DNA from: Candidatus Eiseniibacteriota bacterium
Lineage (GTDB): Bacteria; Eisenbacteria; RBG-16-71-46
Length of the DNA stretch: 64,000 nt
Direction of reading: 5' to 3'
NCBI GenBank assembly: GCA_963776245.1
Contig: CAVZLN010000007.1
Span: 84,012-148,011, forward strand
The notes under the pieces are model-generated. The model worked only from the letters and a program-made list of their open reading frames with translations, made no database searches and was not told where the DNA came from. This document shows, piece after piece, positions 46,169 to 55,921 of the stretch (the first letter of the stretch is position 1; each line of letters begins with the position of its first letter). A program made the translations under genes and the position numbers.

Positions 46169-46587
46169 TCACGCCCCTACTTCTTCTTCATCGACGGACA
46201 AGTCCGCGCTTGCGGGCACTTGCCGCAGTCGTGAGCGGCCGCCGCCTTCGGGTCCGTCGGTGCGACCGAGACGAGCCTGGCCTCCTTCGAGACCGAGCTC
46301 ACCACCTTCAGGATCTGGTCGGGGCTCGTTCGGTGCTTGTCGAACGTGACGACGAAGTTCTGCCTCGCGGAGTCGGCCTGCGCGACCACGATCCCGGGAT
46401 GGTCGGCCAGCGCCTTCGCGAGGTTCTTGAGGACGCCGCCGCGAGCGAGCTTGGGGACCGAGAAGATGGCATCCTGCTGGATGCCGGCGGCATTGGGGCC
46501 TTCGGTCGCGGGCTGGGCGGCGAGCGCACCGCCGGCGCACATCGCCAGCACGGTCAGGGTCGCGACGAATGTCTTCAGGTATCGCAT
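46169..46587 (-). CDS. Secreted HMA-fold-like protein with Cys-rich tail
   Basis: Signal peptide, ferredoxin-like pattern, tail HDCGKCPQARTCP. Confidence 0.55.
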
Positions 46588-46631
46588 GGATGGACCTCCG
46601 GTGGAAGCGTGGGCGGGTCGCGAGCACGATT

Positions 46632-47033
46632 CTAGCGTATCGCCTGCAGTCTGCGCCCGTCGATGGAGACGACCTCGAACTGGTGGAAAGTGATCTGTCC
46701 GGTCGCGGTGTCCACGACCGCCGCTTCGATCGCCGCGCGGATCGCCCGCGGGTCGGTCACGGCGGCGTCGTAGGTCACCCACGCTTGATTGCGCGAGGCG
46801 TAGGCCACGAAGCGCCGGACGCCCGGTTGGTCCTCGAACTGGCCGCCGAGGATCCGGGCGGTGTCCACGCACTTGAGGCCGCTCACCACGAAGAGGACCG
46901 TCTCGGGATCCGCGGGTGCGGCGCCGGGGAAATCGCGCGTGAGACTCGGGGCCGCGAGGACGCGGGCCCCGCCGATCCCGATGAGCGCGGCGAGCGCGAC
47001 GAGGACGGGAACCACCCAGCCGGAGATCCTCAC
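46632..47033 (-). CDS. Membrane-anchored HMA-fold-like protein
   Basis: TM segment then FVVSGLKCVDT...VTYD...IRAAIE; GTG overlaps upstream TGA. Confidence 0.6.
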   Translation of the reverse strand: MRISGWVVPVLVALAALIGIGGARVLAAPSLTRDFPGAAPADPETVLFVVSGLKCVDTARILGGQFEDQPGVRRFVAYASRNQAWVTYDAAVTDPRAIRAAIEAAVVDTATGQITFHQFEVVSIDGRRLQAIR

Positions 47034-47863
47034 GGCTTCCAACCCTCGAGGCGAAGCTCCATCGCGTAGGTGCTGGGGCAGGCCGCGGAACACTCGAGGC
47101 ACAAGGTGCACTCGCCCGAGCGGACCTCGCTCGAGGCGGCCACGTCGATCCCGTGCGGACAGGCGCGCGTGCATGCGGCGCATGCGGTGCAATGGCGCTC
47201 GTTCCGGCGCAGGCGGATCCGGCCCACCGCCGCGAACGGCCACAGCGTCACCCCGAGCGGGCAAAGGTAGCGGCACCATGCCATGGGCACGACCATCCCC
47301 AGCGCCAGCACGCCGGCGAGGATCGCGTAACTCCAGGCCCTCACGTCGTGCCCGCGGGCGCTCACCAGGATGTAGTAGGGATCGTACCCTCGGAAGACCA
47401 GTTCGCCGGTGGTCCAGGTCGCGACGAGGATCACCCCCAGCACCGGCAGGCGAAGCCAGCGCAGGACCCGGTCGACGCCCGCCGGCGGTTCCACGGGAAC
47501 CGGCCGGCCCGGCCGCCGGACGAGGCGGAACAGCCACTCGCTCACGGACCCCACGGGACAGACCCACGAGCAGAACGCCTTGCGAGCGACCAGCGTGAGT
47601 CCCAGCAGCGCCAGGAACAGCGCCAGGTTCAGCTCGCCCGCGGTGCAGCTGAAGCTGTGGCGCGTCACGAACGACCAGGCGGTCTCGAGCCCGCCGAACG
47701 GGCAGTACCTCTCCACCCCCGCGAGGGATTCGCCCCGCGCGAGCCGCACCCCCTCGATCCCGGCCGCCAGCAGGAAGCCGACCTGGGCGAGGAGGCGTGT
47801 CGAGCGCAGCACCGACCAGCGACGTGTCATCGTCCGCGAAACGCTAACGGGGTGCGGGTGCAT
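47030..47863 (-). CDS. Membrane 4Fe-4S binding protein (NapH/MauN-like)
   Basis: YCPFG, FCSWVCPVG, WCRYLCPLG, two CxxCxxCxxxCP motifs. Confidence 0.88.
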   Translation of the reverse strand: MHPHPVSVSRTMTRRWSVLRSTRLLAQVGFLLAAGIEGVRLARGESLAGVERYCPFGGLETAWSFVTRHSFSCTAGELNLALFLALLGLTLVARKAFCSWVCPVGSVSEWLFRLVRRPGRPVPVEPPAGVDRVLRWLRLPVLGVILVATWTTGELVFRGYDPYYILVSARGHDVRAWSYAILAGVLALGMVVPMAWCRYLCPLGVTLWPFAAVGRIRLRRNERHCTACAACTRACPHGIDVAASSEVRSGECTLCLECSAACPSTYAMELRLEGWKP

Positions 47864-47913
47864 GCGTCAACCGACCCCGCGTATGTCCTGCCGCGGGGTA
47901 TACTCCGCCACCC

Positions 47914-49326
47914 ATGATCGTCTGCAAGTTCGGAGGAACCTCGGTCGCCGACCGCGCGGCGCATGAACGACTCGCGTCCATCGTGCGCGATCGGTTGTCG
48001 CGCGCTCCGCTGGTGGTGGTGTCGGCGCTGGCGGGCGTGTCCGATGGGCTGATCCGGGTGGTCGACCTCGCGGTGTCGGGACGGGATGCCGAGTCAGCGG
48101 GCGATCTGCGCGGGCTCGCCGATCGCCACCGCCGCCTGCTCGAGGAGACCCCGGCGACCCCCGGGGCCGCCGCCGCGAGCCTCGCCGCGCTGGAGGAGTC
48201 GCTCGAGGGCATCGAGTCCCTGCGCCGCGGGATCGCGCTGGTGGGGGACGCGTCCCCGTGGGTGCGGGCGCGCGTCATCGGGGCCGGTGAGTTCCTCGCC
48301 AGCCGGTTGGTCGCGACGGCGCTGGAGGCCGCGGGGATCATGACCGCGTGCTTCGACGCCCGCGAGGTGCTCCGCACCGCGGGCACCGACCCCGAGAAGG
48401 ATACGCCGGTCCCCGCGGAGATCGCCCGGCTGGCGCGCGAGCGGCTGCAGCCGCTGCTGCGCGCCGGCCGCGTCGTGGTCACGCAGGGCTTCGTCGGCAG
48501 CGATCCCTCGGGGCGACCGACGCTGCTCGGCCGCGGCGGCTCGGACTACTCGGCCTCCCTGCTCGGCGCGGCGCTCGACGCCGAGCGGATCGAGATCTGG
48601 ACCGACGTGGACGGCGTGCTCACCGCCAACCCGAAAGTGGTCCGCGAGGCGCGCCGGGTCTGCCAGCTCTCCTTCGCCGAAGCCAGCGAGCTCGCGTATT
48701 TCGGCGCCAAGGTGCTCCACCCGAGCACGGTCCTGCCGGCGGTCGAAGCGTCCATCCCGGTCTGGGTCGGCAACGCGCGCCGGCCGGCGGGCGGCGGCAC
48801 CACCATCCTCGCGGAGGGCACCCAGCCTGCGGGCGAGCGCGGTTTCGTCAAGGCGATCGCCGAGAAGCGCGGCCTGACCGTCGTGAGCGTGATCTCGACG
48901 CGCATGCTGATGGCGCACGGTTTCCTCGCGCGCATCTTCCAGGCCTTCGATCGGCACCGCGTGTCGGTGGACATCGTCACGACCTCGGAGGTGTCGGTCT
49001 CGCTGACCGTGGACGACGCGAGCCGGCTGCCCGCCCTGATCGAGGACCTGCGCGCGTTCGCCGAGGTCGAGGCCGAGAGCGGGATGGCGGTGGTGTGTCT
49101 GGTGGGCGACCGCATGCGGGGCCGCACCGGGCTGGCGGCCGATGTGTTCCAGGTGCTCCGCGGCGTCCGGGTGCGGATGATCACGCAGGGCGCCTCGGCC
49201 ATCAATCTCAGCCTCGTGCTCGCCGAGGAGGACGTGGATCGGGCGCTGCGCGCCCTCCACGAGGAGTTCTTCCGCGGCTCCCTCCCGCCGGAGATCTTCG
49301 GCGAGCCCTTCCGCGCGGCGGACTGA
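47914..49326 (+). CDS. lysC: Aspartate kinase (AKIII-like, two ACT domains)
   Basis: KFGGTSV, LGRGGSDYSA, WTDVDG, FGAKVLHP, TSEVSVSLT. Confidence 0.95.
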   Translation: MIVCKFGGTSVADRAAHERLASIVRDRLSRAPLVVVSALAGVSDGLIRVVDLAVSGRDAESAGDLRGLADRHRRLLEETPATPGAAAASLAALEESLEGIESLRRGIALVGDASPWVRARVIGAGEFLASRLVATALEAAGIMTACFDAREVLRTAGTDPEKDTPVPAEIARLARERLQPLLRAGRVVVTQGFVGSDPSGRPTLLGRGGSDYSASLLGAALDAERIEIWTDVDGVLTANPKVVREARRVCQLSFAEASELAYFGAKVLHPSTVLPAVEASIPVWVGNARRPAGGGTTILAEGTQPAGERGFVKAIAEKRGLTVVSVISTRMLMAHGFLARIFQAFDRHRVSVDIVTTSEVSVSLTVDDASRLPALIEDLRAFAEVEAESGMAVVCLVGDRMRGRTGLAADVFQVLRGVRVRMITQGASAINLSLVLAEEDVDRALRALHEEFFRGSLPPEIFGEPFRAAD

Positions 49327-49369
49327 CCGCGGCAGCACCGGTACGCGGCACGCTCCAGAAGCTCGCCGC

Positions 49370-49924
49370 CTAGAAACTCCCCCCGATCGTGACCCCCGGC
49401 CAGAGGAGGAATCCGCCGCCGCTCCCTTCCGTCGCCTGATTGAAGGTGAAGAGCGGCCGGATGAAGAAGCCGTTCGGGGAGTGGAACTGATAGCCGACCG
49501 ATCCCTGCATGATCCAGGTGCTCTCGTAATCGTGGATCCGCCCACCGCCGCCGAGGAGCGCGGCGCCGGCCGACAGATAGAGGCTGTGCGTGTCACCCGA
49601 GAGGAACGAGGCGTACAGGGGCATGATGGCGATCGTGCCGTCCGTCGTCCCGATCGCCATGATGCCGCCGCCCAGTCCGAAGTGGTTGGTCAGGTACCGC
49701 TCGTAGTTGACCGTCAGCACGAAGCCGCGGCCCAGCAGCTCCCCCGACACGAGGTTCGGATGATCCTCGCGCACTCCGGCCGCCGTGGCCGTCAGCGGAG
49801 CGAGCAGGATCGACACGAGTGCGAAGCAGAACGCGGTCCGGGTGGCACCGCGCCGCAGGACCTCGCAGGCGTTCGAGGGATTCCTGGAGCCCGTGCTCGG
49901 GTGATCGGTGATCGGCGCGACCAT
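49370..49924 (-). CDS. Hypothetical outer-membrane beta-strand protein
   Basis: Signal-like segment, amphipathic strands, terminal Phe. Confidence 0.55.
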   Translation of the reverse strand: MVAPITDHPSTGSRNPSNACEVLRRGATRTAFCFALVSILLAPLTATAAGVREDHPNLVSGELLGRGFVLTVNYERYLTNHFGLGGGIMAIGTTDGTIAIMPLYASFLSGDTHSLYLSAGAALLGGGGRIHDYESTWIMQGSVGYQFHSPNGFFIRPLFTFNQATEGSGGGFLLWPGVTIGGSF

Positions 49925-50045
49925 GGCATCCTCCCGGGTGGACCGCCGACCTTCGACCGGCGGCGCGTAGCACGATCCACGGTGGTCGGCGCCGCTCGAG
50001 CGTCGCGCGGCGGCTCCAGCGTGACGGGCCATCCTAGCACCATCC

Positions 50046-51032
50046 CTAGCGCCGGCGTTCCCCGGGGTGAGCGGCCGCCGCTTCCGGGGTCCCGGCCAGC
50101 CAGCGCAGCGTGTTGAGCACGAGTCTCGGGTGACCCACGGCCTCCGGCGAGTTCATGCCCACCGGCGCGCGGCGAGGCCCGGCGAGCTGCGCCGTGAGCA
50201 TGGCGGCCTCACCGAACACCACCACCCGCCCGCGCCCGTGGGCCAGCGCCGCGCCCACCAGCATCCGGTCCGCGCGCACGTTGGGCGTCAGCTCCGAGAA
50301 CTGCCACGCGACCTGCGGGAACAACAGGTGCGCGCCGCGTCCCATGACCAGCAGCGTGTCCACCGGCCGCGCCGCTCGGAAAGCCTGCCCGGTGAACACC
50401 TTCACGGAGTCCACCCGGTCCCCGGGCCCGCGCCCGTCGGTGATCGCGTGGCCGCGCAACCGGCCCTCCGCACGGCGCACCATGAACTCGGACTCTCCGC
50501 TGGCATCCCGGGCGAACCCATCGCTGAGCAGGATCCCGAACGCCGCCGCGAGATCCTCGGCCGCGCCGCCGAAGGGCATGTGGTCCGCGATCAGCAGGAG
50601 CGAGCCACCTTCGCGCACCCACTCCTCGACCGCGCGGATCTCGGTGGTGTCGAAGGCCGACCAGACCGGCAGGTACCAGTTGTCGCGATTGCGCGTCTCG
50701 ATCGCGTTCGCGATCACGAGCACGCGCGCGCTGTCGAGCCCCGCGCGCGTGAAGCGCCCGCCATGGGCGCGGACCACGAAGCCGTCCCTTTCGGCCAGCC
50801 GCGCGAACGGGAGAAAACGACCTCCCAGGGTGTGGAAGTTCCAGTGTCCCTCGTCGATGAAGACGACCGGCCCGCTGCCCGGCGGAAAGTCGGGCGACGG
50901 GACCGGCGGCGCGAACGCGGAATCCGGAACCTGCTGTGCCCGGGACGGAGTCACGACCAGCGGAGCGCTCGCCGCGGCGAGCGCAGCGGCGAGCGTCAGC
51001 GTGGCGAACCAGCGCGGCGAAGCGGACGGCAT
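50046..51032 (-). CDS. Secreted DUF4350 / class I GATase-like protein
   Basis: Signal peptide, IDEGHWNFH, WVREGGSLLLIADH, GRGRVVVFGE. Confidence 0.7.
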   Translation of the reverse strand: MPSASPRWFATLTLAAALAAASAPLVVTPSRAQQVPDSAFAPPVPSPDFPPGSGPVVFIDEGHWNFHTLGGRFLPFARLAERDGFVVRAHGGRFTRAGLDSARVLVIANAIETRNRDNWYLPVWSAFDTTEIRAVEEWVREGGSLLLIADHMPFGGAAEDLAAAFGILLSDGFARDASGESEFMVRRAEGRLRGHAITDGRGPGDRVDSVKVFTGQAFRAARPVDTLLVMGRGAHLLFPQVAWQFSELTPNVRADRMLVGAALAHGRGRVVVFGEAAMLTAQLAGPRRAPVGMNSPEAVGHPRLVLNTLRWLAGTPEAAAAHPGERRR

Positions 51033-51130
51033 GGGATCCTCCAGGGCTCGGCGCGAACCAGGCGGCCGGTGGTACGCTGTCCGTCCCACCGTGACCTCTG
51101 ACGCCGGATCCTCGAACTCTGACCGGAACC

Positions 51131-51361
51131 ATGCCCGAGCCGCAACCCAACAATCCCCTGCACGGCATCACCCTCGAGGTCATGCTCCGGCAGATGGTCG
51201 AGCGCTACGGCTGGGAAGGCCTGGCGAGGGACATCCCGATCAACTGCTTCCTCGTCGATCCCAGCCTCACGTCGGCGCTCAAATATCTGCGCAAAGCGCC
51301 CCGTGCGCGCAGGAAGGTCGAGGCGATCTACGCCCGCTTCGTGGCCGGACGCACGGGCTGA
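51131..51361 (+). CDS. VF530/DUF2132-family small protein
   Basis: QPNNPLHGITLE...YGWEGL...INCF...ARRKVE. Confidence 0.85.
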   Translation: MPEPQPNNPLHGITLEVMLRQMVERYGWEGLARDIPINCFLVDPSLTSALKYLRKAPRARRKVEAIYARFVAGRTG

Positions 51362-51376
51362 TCGAGGCGGACGGTC

Positions 51377-52507
51377 TCAGCCGCGCCGCGCGTCCTCGTC
51401 CGCGGCGATCAACCGGCCTTCGCGCAGGCGCACCCGCCGCAGGACCACGCCCAGTTCGCGCTCGTAGCGCTGGACCCGGCGGACCTCGGCCGCGGTCATC
51501 AGCGTGACCGCCTGCCCTTGTGCCCCCGCACGGCCGGTGCGACCCACGCGATGCAGGTACGCCTTGCTCTGGGTCGGCACGTCGAAGTTGATCACGTGCC
51601 GCACACCCACGATGTCGAGTCCGCGCGCCGCCAGGTCGGAAGCGACCAGCACGCTGACCCGGCCGCCGCGGAAGTCGTCCATCGACCGCTTGCGATCGTG
51701 CTTGTCGATGGCCGCGTGGAGCTCCGCGACCGCGACCTGGTGATGGGCCAGCTGCGCCGCGATCCGCGCGGCGGTCTCGTTCAGATGGGCGAAGACCAGC
51801 GCGCGCTCCGGACCGAGCGCGTGCAGGATCTGCCGCAGCACCCGCGGCTTGTCGCGCTCCTCGCAGACCAGGTAGAGATGCGCGATGTTCGGGTTCACCG
51901 CCGAGGCGCCGGGCCTGAGCATGACCAGCCCTGGCGCGAGCGTCGCGATGGCGTCCGCGCTCTCGGGTTGCTCGGTGGCCGACACGAAGATCAGCTGGCG
52001 CCCGCGGGGCAGGCCCTGGACGATCGCGCGGATGACCGGCACGCCTTCGGCGATCATCACGCGGTCGGCCTCGTCCACCACGAAGCACCCGACCGCCAGC
52101 ACTTTCAGCTTGCCCATGGTCATGAGCTCGCGGATCCGGCCGGGCGAGCCGACCACCAGGTGCGGCTTGGTCTTGAGCTTCTCCAGTTGCCGGTCCATCG
52201 AAGTGCCGCCGATGAGCAGCAGCGAGCGCACCGGCCAGCCGGTGTTCTGGACCAACTCACCGCACTGCCGGTGGATCTGGATCGCCAGCTCGTGAGTGGG
52301 CGCGACGATGATGGCCTGCGTCGCCGGCTGGGCGGCGTCGAGCCGGCCGAAGATCGGCAACAGGTAGGCCAGCGTCTTGCCCGTGCCGGTCTCGGCGTTC
52401 AGATAGGCATCGCTGCCCGCCCGCAGCACCGGGATCGCCACCCGCTGGATATCGGTGGGCTCGGTGATGCCCTGCTTCGCCAGGGCGGCGACGAGCTCGG
52501 GCGCCAC
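51377..52507 (-). CDS. DEAD-box RNA helicase (core only; start may be slightly upstream)
   Basis: PTDIQ, TGTGKT, PTHELA, DEAD, SAT, ARGLD, HRVGRTGR. Confidence 0.93.
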   Translation of the reverse strand: MAPELVAALAKQGITEPTDIQRVAIPVLRAGSDAYLNAETGTGKTLAYLLPIFGRLDAAQPATQAIIVAPTHELAIQIHRQCGELVQNTGWPVRSLLLIGGTSMDRQLEKLKTKPHLVVGSPGRIRELMTMGKLKVLAVGCFVVDEADRVMIAEGVPVIRAIVQGLPRGRQLIFVSATEQPESADAIATLAPGLVMLRPGASAVNPNIAHLYLVCEERDKPRVLRQILHALGPERALVFAHLNETAARIAAQLAHHQVAVAELHAAIDKHDRKRSMDDFRGGRVSVLVASDLAARGLDIVGVRHVINFDVPTQSKAYLHRVGRTGRAGAQGQAVTLMTAAEVRRVQRYERELGVVLRRVRLREGRLIAADEDARRG

Positions 52508-52607
52508 ATCGAGTCCAGCGAACGTCGCGAAACCGGTGGGATCGATGACCGGGGCCCCGTCTCGGTGTTGAGGGACTACGCGCTCGGCAGGCCCGGGCGC
52601 GTGTCCG

Positions 52608-52795
52608 TCACCTTACCACCACGAGCCGCCGGGTGACGCTCTCGCGACCGGAGTGCACGCGCAGGAAGTAGACGCCCAGCCCCAGTGGGCGACCGGACGC
52701 GTCCCGGAGCGGGATCCGCACCGCGTGGCTCCCGGCTTCCCGCTCGCCCCGGAACACCTCGCGGACCCGTCGTCCCCCGAGGTCCAACAACCCTG
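52608..52795 (-). pseudogene. Orphan fragment of a FlgD-Ig/T9SS-CTD-like C-terminal domain
   Basis: LLDLGGRRVREVF...RDASGRPLGLGVYFLRV...TRRLVVVR* with no credible N-terminal part. Confidence 0.6.
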
Positions 52796-52838
52796 CGATT
52801 TCGAATAGACTCAAGTCGGGCGCTCGCCCGGGGTCGCC

Positions 52839-53639
52839 GTGATGGACGGGGTCAACCACTGTGTCGCCAAGGAGTGTCACCTGAGTACCACGACCGATCA
52901 CCGCGCAAGCAAGGTTCCCGAGGTCACGTTGCTCTTCTGGGTCGTGAAGGTCGCCGCCACCACGCTGGGCGAGACCGCCGGAGACGCGGTCTCCATGTCG
53001 ATGGGGCTGGGCTACCTCGTCGCCACCGCCATCTTCGCTCTGGTCTTCCTGCTCGCCGTGGGCGCGCAGATCACCGCGAAGCGCTTCCATCCCTATCTGT
53101 ACTGGACGACGATCATCGCCACCACGACCGTCGGCACCACGCTGGCCGATTTCGCCGATCGTTCGCTCCACATCGGCTACGCGGGCGGCGCCACGCTGCT
53201 CTTCGCGCTGCTGATCGCGTCGCTTGCCACGTGGCATCGGACGATGGGATCGGTGTCGGTGGACACCGTGGTGTCAGCGAAACAGGAGATGTTCTACTGG
53301 GTGACCATCATGTTCTCCCAGACATTGGGCACCGCGCTCGGCGATTGGACGGCCGACACCGCGGGATTGGGCTATCGCGGTGGCGCGATCGTGTTCAGCC
53401 TGCTGCTGGCGCTCGTGGTCGCCGCGTACTACTGGACGAACCTATCGCGCACGAAGCTGTTCTGGGCCGCGTTCGTCCTGACGCGTCCGCTGGGCGCGGT
53501 GGTGGGCGATCTGCTCGACAAGCCGGTGGGCTCGGGCGGATTGGCTCTGAGCCGCTACACCGCATCCGCCGCGCTGCTGGCCTTCATCGTCGGGTGCCTC
53601 GTGCTGTTCCGGCATCGTGCGGCGACCCGGAAGCACTGA
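52839..53639 (+). CDS. COG4705/DUF347-type membrane protein (start uncertain; possible CTG at 52881 after AAGGAG)
   Basis: SKVPEVTLLFWVVKVAATTLGETAGD, SQTLGTALGD, FWAAFVLTRPLGA. Confidence 0.85.
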   Translation: MMDGVNHCVAKECHLSTTTDHRASKVPEVTLLFWVVKVAATTLGETAGDAVSMSMGLGYLVATAIFALVFLLAVGAQITAKRFHPYLYWTTIIATTTVGTTLADFADRSLHIGYAGGATLLFALLIASLATWHRTMGSVSVDTVVSAKQEMFYWVTIMFSQTLGTALGDWTADTAGLGYRGGAIVFSLLLALVVAAYYWTNLSRTKLFWAAFVLTRPLGAVVGDLLDKPVGSGGLALSRYTASAALLAFIVGCLVLFRHRAATRKH

Positions 53640-53682
53640 CGCGACGGGCGCCGTGCCTGGACGGCTCCTGACCCGTGACGCA

Positions 53683-54267
53683 TCACCGATCTCCGCTCAC
53701 CGTCGGCAGCCCGGCATCGATCCAGTCCTTCTGCATGTTCTTCGCGATGTAGAGGATCCGGACAGTCCTGCCGGTGGACTCCAGCGCTGAGTATGCCGGC
53801 CGCATGTTGGGGCAGTCGGTCCACGGACAGCAGCCGCAGTACAGGACGACGGGCTTCGTCCGCGGCAGCTTCAGCACCGCCGCGCGCAGGGCCTGCAGGC
53901 CCTCCGGCGTCGAGGCCGGCCCGATGTAGCGCGACCCGACGATGTGTCCGCTCCGGTAGAGGACGCGGAAGCCGACGTGCAGCACCGCGGGACGCTGCGC
54001 CACCGGGCCGGTGAGAGCCGCCGCAAGCTCCTTGGGGTGGATCAGACTCGCTTCTGGGATGGTTCGTGCCACCGGCGCCGCGACCGGCGCCGCCGACGCA
54101 CCTGCCGGGCGGTTCGCCGCACGATCCACGGACGTCACTTCCTCGGCGCGTCCGCTCGCCGGGCCACCCACCATGAGCCAGCCGATCGCGAACAGCGCCA
54201 CCGGACCCGGCAGTGCCCGACTCAACGATCTCCGCCCAGATGTGCAAGATGTCCTAGTTGCTGGCAT
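53683..54267 (-). CDS. Secreted rhodanese-like protein
   Basis: GHIVGS, VVLYCGCCPWTDCPN, WIDAGLP. Confidence 0.75.
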   Translation of the reverse strand: MPATRTSCTSGRRSLSRALPGPVALFAIGWLMVGGPASGRAEEVTSVDRAANRPAGASAAPVAAPVARTIPEASLIHPKELAAALTGPVAQRPAVLHVGFRVLYRSGHIVGSRYIGPASTPEGLQALRAAVLKLPRTKPVVLYCGCCPWTDCPNMRPAYSALESTGRTVRILYIAKNMQKDWIDAGLPTVSGDR

Positions 54268-54309
54268 GGCTCTCCCCAATCTTGATTGCGTTTCGGATGA
54301 TGTGGTCGA

Positions 54310-54409
54310 GTGGACGGGCTCCGCGCGGGAGGCATGCCCCAGGATCACGACTCCTCGCGCCCTCCGGCCAGGGGGGCGGTCCCGCCGCCAGCATAGTGCC
54401 TCACTCATG
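54310..54409. repeat. Dispersed direct repeat, copy A (copy B at 60882-60968)
   Basis: 51 of 54 core positions match copy B by manual alignment, plus a 16/18 tail; internal inverted repeat. Confidence 0.9.
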
Positions 54410-54666
54410 ATGGAGGGCGCCACCCACGCCGCGTCGCGCGCCGGTCGTCGGGCGTGCCCGGGTCCCGAGCCGGGTCGGACCTGATTTCCTGGCCGCGCCC
54501 GGCGAGCGCTCAGTTATACTTTCCTCGGTCGCGCGCATCGAAGCCGCCGGTCCGGGCGCGCGGTCCTACAGTGCGGCCGCCCTGTCGTCGAGTGTTCACG
54601 TACATTACCCCCACAGGTCGGATGCCCCGGTGACCCCGCGGGTCATCCCTCGAACAGGAGGCCAAG

Positions 54667-55870
54667 GTGCCCCGCGCTCCCCTCGAGCGGACGTTCGCCG
54701 TGCTCGCCCTCGTGCTTCGCGCTCCTTCCCGCCGCCGCGGGTGCAGTGGAGCCAGGCGCCCCCGCGTCGACGGATGGCGCCCTGCTTCGCGACGGGTCGC
54801 CCGGGCCCATCGGGTCCGGGGGCATCCTCGCTCCCGGGAATGCCGCGGCCGGGACCTCGGCACAACCCGCGAAGTTCGCCCCGCTCGCGACCACCGCCGT
54901 GGCGTCCGTGCTCGCGGGACCGTCGTTGACCTACCAGGGCATGCTGCGCAGCGCCGGCGCGCCACTCAACGCGACATGCGACCTGCAGTTCTCGCTCTGG
55001 GACGACGCTGCGGCCGGCACGCAGATCGGCGCCACGCAGACCGTCACCACCACCATCGTGAACGGCCTGTTCACCGTGACGCTCAACGACGCCGGGCAGT
55101 TCGGAAGCACGGCCTTCGACGGCCGCGCGCTCTGGGTGGCCATCGCGGTGCGCAGCCCGAGCGGCACGGGTTCCTACACCCCGCTGACTCCGCGGCAGGC
55201 GCTCACCGCAGCCCCACTGGCGGCGGGCCTGGTGCCGCACACCACGACGAGCGCAGGCGACTCGTACTCGGGATACCCCGTGCAGAGCATCACCGCGCCG
55301 GCCGTGCTGGCGAGCAATCCCATGGGGCTCATGGTCTCGGCGGGACCGCATTCGAGCTGGTCCTGGTCGGGGACTTCCGTCGGCATCTGGGGTGACTCTG
55401 GATCCGGCGCCGCACTCTGGGGGACCACCGACACCGGTTGGGCGGTCACAGGCTCGAGTTCGGGGTCGGGATGGGCCGGCTACTTCCAGGGCGGTCTCTA
55501 TGTGTCAGGCAAGCTCCAGGTGCCTCATTTCCACAGCCTGATCGCCATCAACTCGGCCGGCCCGATGCCCATCACCTCGGCGAGCTTCTCGACCTATGGC
55601 GGGACCCTGGTGATCTCGTATTCAGGATCGGGGTACTCGAGCGTCAATGGGATCATGATCGGGATGGTGGTGAAGGTGGACGGCGTGGCCTTCGACCAGA
55701 CGGCGATCTACGCCAATGCCCTGGGCACGCACCTGGCGTTCGTCCCCAAGCAGTGGGTGCTGACCGGCATCGCGGCGGGCTCGCACACCATCTCGCTGAC
55801 GCCGATGGCGGGCACCTCGACCGACTACAACGACATCTTCAACGTCGTCGTCACCGAACTGCCGTACTGA
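54667..55870 (+). CDS. Secreted protein with 'TYQG' N-terminal domain, fibre/adhesin-like (frameshift in signal peptide near 54717)
   Basis: GGAGG RBS + GTG; LTYQGML...DLQFSLWD...NGLFTVTL...LTPRQALTAAP; Gly-rich spacer; beta-rich C-terminal head. Confidence 0.7.
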
Positions 55871-55921
55871 GCGAGGGCGCCATGCGACGACACTTCGAAC
55901 CGGAGATCCCTCGCGCGCGGC

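Noticed and set aside
54267..54277. TGGCTCTCCCC as a second tRNA-derived att core beside repeat copy A
   Set aside because: Too short and does not match tRNA-Arg(CCT) beyond TGGC; cannot be supported
54310..54409. Classical integron attC site
   Set aside because: No RYYYAAC/GTTRRRY ends and no intI in the window; kept only as an unexplained structured repeat
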